DNA of 59,127 nucleotides, counting the filler, from Jimgerdemannia flammicorona (taxonomy: Eukaryota), in the NCBI GenBank assembly GCA_003990765.1. It is 2 parts of 2 records of this genome, joined end to end, with 100 filler letters (N's around TTAATTAATTAA, not from the genome) between each part and the next. Parts side by side here need not be neighbours in the genome. Positions count along the whole stretch, not along the records: positions 1 to 29,517 come from RBNJ01000494.1; 1 more part is not named here. One strand, written 5' to 3'. The notes beneath the pieces were generated by a model. It searched no databases. It was not told where the DNA came from and saw only the letters and a program-made list of their open reading frames with translations. Made by a program: the position numbers and the translations under genes. Below, in pieces: positions 12,702 to 23,700 of the stretch. Position 1 is the first letter of the stretch; every line of letters starts with the position of its first letter.

Positions 12702-13900
12702 TCAGGGTGTCCTTGAGAGTGCATTGGCATTGGTGTTGGTCTTTCCTAAGTGGTGCTTGATGGTATAGTCATACTCTTGCAGTCTGTAGATCCATCTGGC
12801 ATATATTCCTTTGAGGTTCAGAGTGTGGAATAGCCAGACAAGAGCAGAGTGATCTGTTTGAATGGTGAAGTATTTCTTGGCTAGGTAGTAGTAGAACTTG
12901 TCTACTGCCCAAACCACTGCTAAGCATTCAAGCTTACATGACTTGTAGTTCTGTTCTGCTCTGTGGGTACCTCAGCTTGCATGACTTGTAGTTCTGTTCT
13001 GCTCTGTGGGTACCTCAGCTTGCATAGAAGATGACATATTTATGTTCATCTTTCTTCTGAACTAGGACTGCTCCAAGTCCTATAGCACTCGTATCTGTCT
13101 GTAGGATAAATTCTAGGTTCCAGTCAGGTCTTCTGAGGATAGGTGCTTGGGTCAATCTGGTTTTAAGTTTATTGAAGGTTTCTTGGTGGTTCTTGGTCTA
13201 TTTGAATTTAGCTCATAGATAGGTGCTGCAATATTGGAGTATCCTTTGATGAATCTTCTGTAGTAGCTGGTCAGTCCAAGGAAGGTGTGGACTTCTGTAG
13301 TTGTTCTGGGTCTTAGGTAGGCTACAACAGCCTCGATCTTCATGGGGTCTGTATGGATTCCAGTCTGGTTGATGAGGTGTCCTAGGTAGGTGATTTCTTG
13401 AGCTGTAAACTTGCATTTCTTGGGCTTGATGTAGAGACCATACTCCTTGAGCTTCTTGAGGGCTAGCTGTATGTAATTGACATGTTCCTGTGCAGTATTG
13501 CTGAAGACTCTGTTCATTATTTGCTGAAAACTTGCTGGGGCATTGCATATTCCAAATGGTATTCGCAGGTAGATATAGGTGGCATCAGGTGTGATGAAGG
13601 CTGATTTCTCACTAGCATCTTGAGTGAGACTGATCTGATGGAAGCCTGAGAACAGATCCAAGGCAGTATAGTATTTGGCTTCACTTCCAAGGGTGGTAAG
13701 GATTTCTTGAATATTTGACAAGGGCTGCCTATCCTTCCTGGTAATGGCATTGAGCTTTCTGTAATCAATACAGAGTCTTGGTACGAACTCTCCAGGTTTG
13801 CTTCCTTTCTTTGGGGCAAGGACAATGGGTGAAGCTCAGGGGCTGATAGCTTGCTTGATAATTCCGGCTTCTTCCATTTCCTTGAGTTCTGCTCACAGCC
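12702..13900 (-). pseudogene. Gypsy reverse transcriptase + RNase H, catalytic YxDD segment deleted
   Basis: LCIDYRKLN, ALDLFSGFHQI, IPFGICNAPASFQ, YLGHLI, FLGLTSYYRRFI, ILQTDTSAIGLGAVL, QTDHSAL, NANALSR. YxDD block absent between NRVFSN and TAQEH. 43-bp tandem duplication at ~12932-13025. Confidence 0.93.
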
Positions 13901-14155
13901 ACTCTCTGTAGGCAGGTGGTATAGGTCTGGCTTTCTGGTAGATGGGCTTGGTATCACCAGTGTCAACTTCATGGTAGTACTTGGGTTCTTGATTGTGGAT
14001 ATCTCTGAAGTCTGTAGCAAGTACTCCTTCATTCTGGTGCAGGATCTTGAGAAGTTGTTCCTTCAGGGGAAAGTTTTCTCCAATGGTATATATATATGTA
14101 CTTATTCTGGTCCTTGTCTTTTTTGGGTAATCTTAGTGGCAGCATAGGCTCCTCT

Positions 14156-14566
14156 TCCAGTAGATCCAAAGCTTTGTTCTTCTCTCTTGGTCTTGATGAG
14201 TTCAATGGCTTCAATGATCTTGGGTTTCTTGATTTTGTGGATCAGCATTTGGCCAATCCTGTCATGCTTCTTGACTTCAAAGGAGGTGGTGGGGTTGTGA
14301 TTTCTGACTATGAGGAAGATCTTGCCAGTGTAATCAGGGTCAATTACTCCTCCTTTAACTGAGATTTCACTTTTGGCCAGACTACTCCTGGTCTTGATGA
14401 TTCTGGCATAGTTCTCTGGCAGCTTGACTCCAATTCCAGTACCAAGTAGGGTGGTGGTCTGTGGTTCAAGGGTAGCATCTTGAATGCTAGTAAGGTCTAT
14501 TCCTATGGCTCCTTCAGTCTTGTATTCTGGGATCTTGGCTTTGGGGTGAAACTTCTTGATCTTGAG
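14156..14566 (-). pseudogene. dUTPase domain inside gypsy pol
   Basis: Hand translation (not in ORF track): LKIKKFHPKAKIPEYKTEGAIGIDL...GTGIGVKLPENYARIIKTRSSLA...GGVIDPDYTGKI...DRIGQMLI...TKREEQSFGSTG, i.e. all five trimeric dUTPase motifs. Confidence 0.93.
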
Positions 14567-14999
14567 GGTGATGTCTGATTCTTATTCCTCCTCATCATCG
14601 CTGCCAGCTTGGAGCTCTGGGTGCTGGTCATCTTCTTCAGCTTTCCTTTTTGCTTTGGCAGCTTCTTACTTATGTTTCTATTGGCAGATTTTCCTGACTT
14701 CACTGATACAGGACCAGCAGTCATTCAGGTGTTCAGAGCAGTACATCCTAGTACCATGGGGGCATCTTTCTTGAGGGGTATAGCCATTAATGATCTTGTT
14801 GTACTACTGCTCATCTGTGAGCTTGAGTGTCTTGTTCTTGTTCTTGTTCATCAAGTGCATGAAGACCTCTGTGTCTTCTTCATCTCCTTCCTCCATGTCA
14901 GATAGAACTCCTTTGTGGACATTGATAGAGACTTGTACCTTTCTTCCTCTGTAGTTAATCTGTATCTTCTGGGCATTGAGGTCAATGATGGCCTTGGCC

Positions 15000-16720
15000 T
15001 TATGAAGCTATTGATTGCCAATGAGGATATCATAGTTGGTGGTGCTTATAACAATCACATCTACTGGGATGGTAGCTCCTTTTATCTTGATGGGGACTTC
15101 TCAGATTTTGCTAAGGGGGGTAGCTCATGTACCATCTGCTGTGATATAGACCATCTTGGTGGACTCTTCAATGTCCCAGCCTAGGCAGTCAATTGCCTTC
15201 TTACTCATGAGACATTCTCCAGCACTAGTATCAATAATGGCATCAAAGATACAGTCTTTGATCTGACATGGGGTATAGGCTGATGTCTTGCACTGGTCTT
15301 CAGATTCTTCATCTGAGTTCTCGAATTCTTCCTGTGCATTGTGAGCTTCTACAATCTTATACTCTTGATTCTTGGTGATAGTTGTAAGTCCTACTCTCAA
15401 CTGCTGTCTGAAGGCAGGGACTTCAGCTAGCTGTCCAAAGGTGGCATTGACCTTCTGTTCCTTGAGATCCTTGTAGATATCATACTAGTGGATCTTGGTC
15501 TTGTGCAGCTTCTGTTCCTTCTTGCTTTCACTTTCTCCTGAGACTGGAGTAGTGCCTTCAATAATTTGGTGGGCAGCTTCATCTAACTCCATGTCTTGAT
15601 CAATCTCCTTGAGTTGGATCTTGCTTTGAATAATAACAGCTGGGGTCTTCTTTGATCTTCCAACTAGCTTGCTGTTGCTCTTCTTGTCATAGGGCTTGGA
15701 CCAGGTTCTGGTACCTTCAGTAGCAGAGTAGAATTCAAGCTCCTTATAGTATTCTTCATCATCAGTGTCACCAATCTCCTTGATGACTACTATATTGGTT
15801 TGTTCTCTGGTTCTGCTAGTATTGCTTAGTTGGGCTTTGTGTCTCATTTTGGTCATGCAACTCTTTGCATAGTGGCCTTCTTCTCCACATCTGAAGCATA
15901 TGATATTGCATTCTTCTGTAGCAGCTGCAAATATCTGCACTAGTCTCCTGTTGGTGCTTTGGACTTCTCTAACAACATTACCAAGGTGTGCAGTCATCTC
16001 GGCAAACTGCTTGGTGAGTTCTTCCACTGGGTCAGCTTTTGCTGTCTTGGGAGTAGGTGGGATTAGTTGTCTGTTTACAACTGTGGCAAGTAAGATACTA
16101 GTTGGCTTTGATGGCTCCATCTTAATGTCAGTTATTTTCTCCATTGAGTGTTTGACTGAGTGTCTGGCAGTTCAATATCTCTGTGCAAAGACCACTTTCT
16201 GATCAAGGGTTAGTACAGCTGGGGTAGACTGGATTGCTAGGGCAATTTCAGGGTGAACTCCTTTGAGAAAGGTTGAATCTACTATTTGTTCCTTGAGGTA
16301 GTCATCATAGCCAGCCAAGACAATCTGGTGGCAGATTCAGGTATAGAATAAGTTGGAATCTTCACTAAGTCTCTGGTAGATAGTATTGAGTTGATCTTTG
16401 AGAGCTTGCTTGATCTCTTCAATATAATATATTGTTCTGAGGAAGACCTTCATGTTGGCAAGTTTGGCTACACCAGTATCAGCAATAGTGGCTACATTGA
16501 ACTTATCTCTGGCAGGTCCTCTGAGGCTGACTGGTAGAAGGGCCAATTGAGTATCTACACCAAGGGCTCATATGGCAGCAAATTGTTCAAAGTCTTCAAT
16601 GAAGGTCAGGATTGACTCTTCAGTAGTATATCCATAGAATGTGGGGGGATGTATTTTCATCTTATCTTGAATTCTTGGGTGACTCTTGTAGTCAGGGTAG
16701 TTGTTGTGGAGGTTATTCGT
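15000..16720 (-). pseudogene. Gypsy gag (CCHC zinc knuckle) and aspartic protease
   Basis: SLRGPARDKF gag core, CFRCGEEGHYAKSC knuckle (~15856-15899), AIIDTSAGECLMS protease site (~15210-15245). In-frame stops. Confidence 0.88.
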
Positions 16721-16776
16721 TTTTCAGCTTAAAAGTGAGGGATTCATCTTGAATCACCAGCCAATAGGCACCAAGT

Positions 16777-18287
16777 TGTCATGTAGTGGTCACTGAGTCC
16801 TTTAAATATGCCAGATTCTCTTCAAGGTGTATCTCTTAGACTAACTCAAGTTTGTTATAAGTAAGTTCTTATTGGAGTACCTTTCTAAGGTCTTATAGTC
16901 CTCAAACTTCTTATTTTTAACTATCTTGTTATCTCTTAGATTGCTTGCAAGGAAGTGTGTATAAGTGAAACCAGAACTGACTTTATTTCAGAGGAAATAA
17001 GAGGGGTATTTATACAAAATATAATTCAATGGTTGCTAAGATATAAAGCTAAATATAAATTCCAATAACTAAAACTACTAAATTCCAGGGTCAGCACTGA
17101 TGGTTGTACAGGTTCAGGATGCTGGTATAATTCAGTATCACATCAGAATACCAGTGCTGGAACAATTTTGCATCACCTCAGAATGCCAGTGCTGGCATTA
17201 TCCAGTGTTACATCAAAATACTAGTACTGGCATTATTTAATATAACAAAGAACTTAGAGCAGAAAGTTCAGGATCATGGGGACTTCATCATTATTATTAC
17301 TAAAGGAGATAAGATCTGCAAATTCATCATTTTTGCATGTTTCAATGTTACACAGGATGATGTCATCACCAATGATGTCATCACATTCAGTGATAGGAAA
17401 ATCGGGAGCTCTCCAATCTATGAGGTTCTCTTCCACAAAATAAGGGACAAATGTGGAGTCTTGGGGAGGTCTAACCTGGATGCTTGGGTCTTAGAATACT
17501 GAGATCAATCCTTACAGGAATTGGTCTGGGTTGTTCTGAAGGATGGGGTGCCAGAAGTCTTCTACCTTATCACTATTGAGAGTGATAGTGGACTGGGCTT
17601 CTGTAGCCACCCTGGCTTCTAGTGCATTGATATGGCAGGATAACAGGTCTCTGAAATCTGAGACTCTAACATACTCCAAGTTAGGGATCAACCATGGTGC
17701 ATGCCTGAAGATCTGATAGATCTTCTTAGCTGTCCTTGCCTCACATATGTCTATGGGAGTGGCATCTTGTAGCTCTTGAGGGCTGGCCTGTGGGAACTCC
17801 TGACAGAGGAGGTTTCCTATTTTGTACTTCTGCCATATTTGGAGGCATTCGGTAGCAATGGTGATCCTTGTTTCTATTTCACAATGGTAGAAAATGAAGT
17901 GATAGAGATCTGCAGTACTCAGGTTAATACTAGGAGTCCTTCTTGAGCAGGTCCTCATGACTCTTCTGATGTCTTGGAACATCCTTTCTTCGACTGAGAT
18001 ACCTTGGTGGTTCCTTGACCTTGAGGTTTGGCAGGTAGCAGGTATTTCATTTGTGGTAAGTCTTTGAGCTATTTTGGGATTGGTAGTTCTTGTTGGTTGC
18101 TACTACTGTAGTTTCTTAATCCTTCTTTTATATTTTTCAGGATGCTTATGCTGTGGTCATAATGACTCACAGTTGGTCATCATTGCTCATCTCATATGCT
18201 GTATAATCTTCTTATACTCCAATCTGGTGGCTTGCAAAGAAAGGCTGTCTCCTGTGCTGATGTCATCATTCTGGGGTCACTGTTACA
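16777..18287 (-). repeat. 5' LTR of gypsy element
   Basis: TGTCATGTAGTGG...TGTTACA on + strand; followed on the minus strand by the PBS. Confidence 0.95.
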
Positions 18288-18498
18288 ATCTGTATATATA
18301 AGGTCAAGGATCCCAGATATGTACTTTAATCATTCTTTGAATGGTCACTGGGATGCTTTATTTGTCATATAATCCTTACAGAAACTATCATATTGATATA
18401 TTATCAGTAATCCTCTGACAGATTCACTTCTTATTATATATTCAAGGCTCATCTTACTGATATATCCTAAGTATTAATATTACATATTAGATGCATCA

Positions 18499-19678
18499 GG
18501 GCGACTTCTTTCTCTCGAACCATACTGGTCAAAAGGTCCAAGTAGAAATTGGATCCCTATGGTGCAGGGGAAGGGGGGCCATCAGTGCCCCAAGATTGGG
18601 TGTACCAGAAGTGGTGAGAGAAGAGGAGTCCAATGGTGTCGAGTTGCCCCAACCTCAAGGCTACAGTTTTCAAGAATTCAAGGGTTTCATCGTTTTGTGG
18701 GCCAGACAGTGTGAGGTAGGCTCTGGGAGCCACTGGCAAGTTCTCAAGGAGATGTGAAGTCTTACATCTGGTGATGTGGCTGGCTTCATAGTGAGCATCC
18801 AATTTACTGGCATGCTCTGGTGGGCTGGGGGACATGGGTCAGGCCCTTAGGCTTTCTTTCACTCAGGGGGGGGACTCTCACTGCATACTCAAGGCATAGA
18901 GGTATACTGGGTGATTTCGGAAGGGGCTCGGAGAATTTTGGAAGGTGCAGCTGGTAATTGGCTGAGGTGGATGAGGTGATTTTGATACATGTGGTGATGA
19001 TGGCTAGCGATTAGTAGATGCAGGATGGTGTGATTCAAGATGGCAGTGATGATCAGGCCAGATGATTGGCCATTGATCAGCAGGAAGATCAGCAGGTGAC
19101 TACTTCGCCACTTTGGAGAGGGAGGAGTTGGTAGGCTAGGTGTATGCTACAGGGGTACTTGAGGTACTGGGGTCGTGTCCAGTGGCCCTTTAGGGTAAGA
19201 CCAGGTATGACAGCAGTATCACTTGAGATGCTGGTATCACAAGCCAGATGGCAACTTCTGACTCAGAGTTGGGCAGGGAGAGTGGTGGTCAGATGGCAGA
19301 CCTATTCGTTAAGTATGTAGGCTGGTGCTGAGTAGCCAAGGTGGGGTAGAGTAACTCATGGTTGGGGATTATCAGGCCTGCGTGCCATTTCATTTCTCTA
19401 TATTGTATATATTATTTATATGAGAGGGCTGGTTGTGGCCTTGGTGGTGCATTATTATTGATAGGGAGGGGGGAGTGGGAGTAGCTCAGGGCAGAGAGAA
19501 CCAGGCCCCAGCCACCTTGGCTTTGCCAAGGTTAGGTGTCAAGTAGCCTGAGGCTACTCTTCTCAGGGCCTGACCCCACTTACTTTCTTATCAGGTAATC
19601 TGGGGGATATTTTCCCACTGTTCGCTATGTAACTATGTTCGGAATAAATGAGTGTAGAAAAAAAAAAAAAAAAAAAAA
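18499..19678 (+). mobile_element. 1.18-kb polyadenylated retroposon (SINE-like, or 3' end of an unrecognised LINE) inserted in copia
   Basis: Exact ~16-bp TSD ATATTAGATGCATCAG (~18484-18499 and ~19679-19694); AATAAA at ~19644 followed by a ~22-nt poly(A). No visible similarity to the other LINEs in the window. Confidence 0.85.
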
Positions 19679-20734
19679 ATATTAGATGCATCAGATGTAG
19701 TTATTATATATGTGGAGACTTTCACACTACTCAGCATACTATTGATCATATAAAGATTACTATATTTTGAAGCTGTTATTAATATCTTATTATCATGTAA
19801 ATCATATACTATTATGCTCTTTGAATGTATGTATATATCTTTGTTGCTATGGATCATCATTTTGTCTATGGATCTTTCCTATCTCTAGAGTATATAGTAT
19901 ATCTACAAGAGTAGCAGTGGGCTTGATGATATTTCTGTAGAGATGTATGCTGATATTTTCCTTTTCTTGAGCATAGGTGATATTATTATCTCCTAACTTG
20001 ATAAGTATAGAGTGTTTGAATAGTTAATATATGGAGAACTATTCTCTGTATAGTATCATATATTGTGTGACTCTGGAATCTATTAATCAGATATCATTAT
20101 CATTAGCTATATTTGCATATTTGCCAGATATATGTATAACTAGACATATAATTGATGGTCTTTCTATCTATACTACTAGCAGTGCTGATGTCATCATCAC
20201 TTTTTGTCAGCCTAAAAGTATTTTGCTAACTAGTATTTGTAGATGATAAGTTGGTGGATTTGATGGTCAAACTGCTCATAGATATTAATCTTGCACTGGC
20301 AGAGCTGATGCTGATTATAGGTTTGGTAGAATTTTTTGGTTCAAAATTGTCATCCTTCTGACCAGATGTCATAGATATAGAGGCTGTAGAACTAGTGGAA
20401 CTAGTGACTTGTACAAAAAATAGATTACCACTTTCATCGGTTGTTGCAGCAGTATTTATATTGCTATACTAGCTTCTGTCACTTCTACAATATTCTTTCC
20501 ACTATTTCCATATTATCAATGCTAGTTTCCACACTTATTTTTATTTTTCCAGTAATAGTATTAGTGTTTTCTATATATATCCATATTTGCTATAGTATTC
20601 ATAGTAGCCATTATACTTAGTTGATTGGCTGTTATATTGTTAATTTTGGGTTTAGAGTATTGACCTTATTGTTGGCCATACTTTTGACCTCATTTGGTAT
20701 TGTATCTATGAAATCTATAGAATGCCCTTTTATT

Positions 20735-20735
<1 letters not shown>

Positions 20736-20787
<52 letters not shown>

Positions 20788-23700
20788 GTCACTTGGACTC
20801 TGCTATTTATTACCTGTCTATTAAAAATTTTACAGTTTACCCTCCCACTATCTGATCCCCATAGGGGTGCCACTCCTCCTACCTACACAAATAAAGACCA
20901 CTTTCCTACCCGCAACCCCAACCCTCTCCCCACTCTGCCTACAGATTTGTTCCACCAAATGATACCTTTGACCCCTCTTCAACCCCCAACCCAGCCACCA
21001 GTCCATCAAGGTGTCTTCCATAAGGCTACACTACCTCATCAGCCTGACCTCGGAGCCAAGTTTCCTCCCATTCTCAAAAACAAATAACCAGTGACTGGCC
21101 AGCCTCACCCAAATGGCCAAAGTCCAACCTAACATCAGCCATTCCTTCCCCACCCCCCCCTCCAGTCTGCCCCTTAAATCCTCCCAATGCCCCTGCACAC
21201 CAGCTCCCCTACACACTACTCCCAGATGGTCTCCAATGTTCTGCCAAAAGGTACTAAGTACCTCACACTCTCCTAGCCAATGTTCAGGTATCTGTACATA
21301 TCCCCCTTCCTGCCCTACATTATAACACTCTTTACAGTCAAAGCAGTCTCCCTCAATAAGATGACCAGAGTGGAAGTTGAGTATGACATTTCACCTCAGC
21401 ACACACCACCAGACCACCCAGTATGTACTTCAGTGGCAGCCACCTCCTCACCTTGGCACTCCAGGCCCAAATGCTATACTAGTCCTACTCCTTATCGATT
21501 CCTACACCCTGCTAACTGCTAGGCCACAGATTCTGGCCTGGTCTCCATTGGCATTCAATCCCATCACCAATGTCAAACTCAATTAAGCGAATGCCACCTA
21601 GTAACACTTGGTCCCATCTCTACATCACTGGGTCCCAAGCCTCCTCTCCTTTATTTCTCTGTCACCTAATTCCAATATAGTATACCCCCTCTACCACTCC
21701 CCACCAGAAGCCTTTGCATCACAATTGTCCAGAGTTCTGAAGGCCCACAAGTACTAGGAGATCACCCATTGAACCCCTCGGAGAGGACCTCATCTCCCAG
21801 ACTTTCTACAATAGGGGAACCCAACCACCCCCTCTCAACTCCACTGCTCTCTTCAGTCACCAAGCTCTCAAGCAGTGTAGCCTCTTAGGAAAGTTGACCA
21901 GCCCAAGTCCCCCACTCACCACTGGTAAGGACAAGACCTCCCAGCTGATCTGACTCCACCTTCCAGCCCAGATCCACCCCTTGGCCAGCTTCATCAATTG
22001 CTTCACCACCCAAGCTAGGAAGTCCAGATGATAAGCCAGATACCATACCTTCAGCAGCCAATAAACATTCAGAATCGAAACATGTCCTGCCAGAGACAAT
22101 TGATGGCCCCCCCAACTCCACAGGGCCTCCTCCCAAATACCAACCTGCTGCTCCCACCAAAGTCTGGGCAGAACTGACCCAAATACTGACAGATAGATAC
22201 CCAAGTACCATACCATCTCACCTGCAGGGACAATTGCACTAATAATCTCCCCACCCACTAGACCATTGCCTAATACTATTGTTTCGCACTTATGCTAATT
22301 AAGCCTAGTCCCAGAGTTCACCTTATACCACTCCACTGTTTTCATGAGCTTCTCAACATCTACAACTGATCTCAGACTGACCACTATGTCATCTGCAAAT
22401 GCCCCTACTTTCCACCCAATGCCAAAGATAGAGAGCCCCACTATCTTCTGCCTAATTCTGTCCATGAAGGGCTCCAGAGACAAAGCATACAAAATGGGGG
22501 ACAGTGGGTCCCCCTGGGGCACCCTCCTACCCAGGGGAAATGCCAACCCTCTATGTCCATTACACATGAGTGCCACTCTACTTCCTTCCAGTAGGCTGAC
22601 CATGGCAGTTCTGAACTGTTGTGGGACTCTAAACCTATCCAAAACTTTTACCAACCAGACCTATTGCACTCAGTCATAGGCCTTCTCCTGGTCCAAAAAG
22701 ACCAGATGCCCATCTAGTCCACTGGCTTATACCCCTTCAATAACTCCATACACCCATACTGTGCTATCTCTGATGAGCCAGCCTCCAACAAAGCCCTGCT
22801 GCTCCTCACCCAAGACTTACTGGACTATCTTTTGCAACCTTGTGACCACCACTTTGGTAACCAACTTTCTGTCCATATCCAGTAGCATAATCGGCCTCCA
22901 GTTCTTCCAGTCCTCTCAGCTTCCTTTGTTCTTATAAAGTAATGTCACCAACCCTAGATCCTGTTCTCCCACCCACCTCCCCATCAGTAGAATCCAATCA
23001 CACAGTGCCATCATCTCACCCAATATTCCAGAGACTCCCACCATCCTTTTCCAGAAGTCCCAGGGCAGACCATCCTCCCCAGGCACCATACCTAAGATTG
23101 TCACAGCAAGAACCTGATGGATCTCCTCCTCTAGTACTGGCAGTACTAGGTCACTCAATCCATCTGCTCAGGTAGGGTGCCAATCCTCCAATACTTGATC
23201 AATGTCCTCAGCATCTGCCCCACCCTCCTCCTCACTCCACAATCTACTCCAATGCTCCTTTAATGATCCAAGAATGTCTTATACCCCATGTACTAATGAA
23301 CCATCAGCATTAAGCACCCCCCACCTTTGCTGCACCCTTCTCACCTGAAGGGTCCTTATAAGAAACTTTGAGGGCCACTCTCCTTCCTCCAGCCCCTGCC
23401 AATGAAGCCTTGCTGCCAGACCCTGGACCCTTACCTCTTCCTCATTCCACAGTACCTGTTATAGTTCAGCTACCTCCATTCTTAACCTTATCAATCGCCA
23501 GTCCTCCTCTCCCTCCAATGTCACCAGTCTTACCCTATCCTCCAAGAGTCTAGATAGTCTACTAGATGCCCACCACACCTGCCACCTCCTCTGCCTCCCC
23601 GCCTCCATACCAGCCTCACTCCAGAAGGCCCTGGCCATCTCCTTCATCCTCATCAACCAAATATCAACTGTGACACCTTCCTGCCTCCAGTACTCTACCT

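Larger units (their letters stand above)
9611..18287 (-). mobile_element. Full-length Ty3/gypsy LTR retrotransposon (gag-PR-dUTPase-RT-RH-IN-ORF3), inactivated
   Basis: Two ~1.5-kb TG..CA direct repeats; 4-bp TSD ATCT (9607-9610 and 18288-18291); PBS starting TGG at ~16757-16774; PPT GGAGGAAGA next to 11111; internal domains recognisable. Confidence 0.96.

Noticed and set aside
19500..19575. Hammerhead ribozyme or tRNA call for the three-stem structure
   Set aside because: Catalytic core nucleotides and tRNA D/T-loop consensus are absent.
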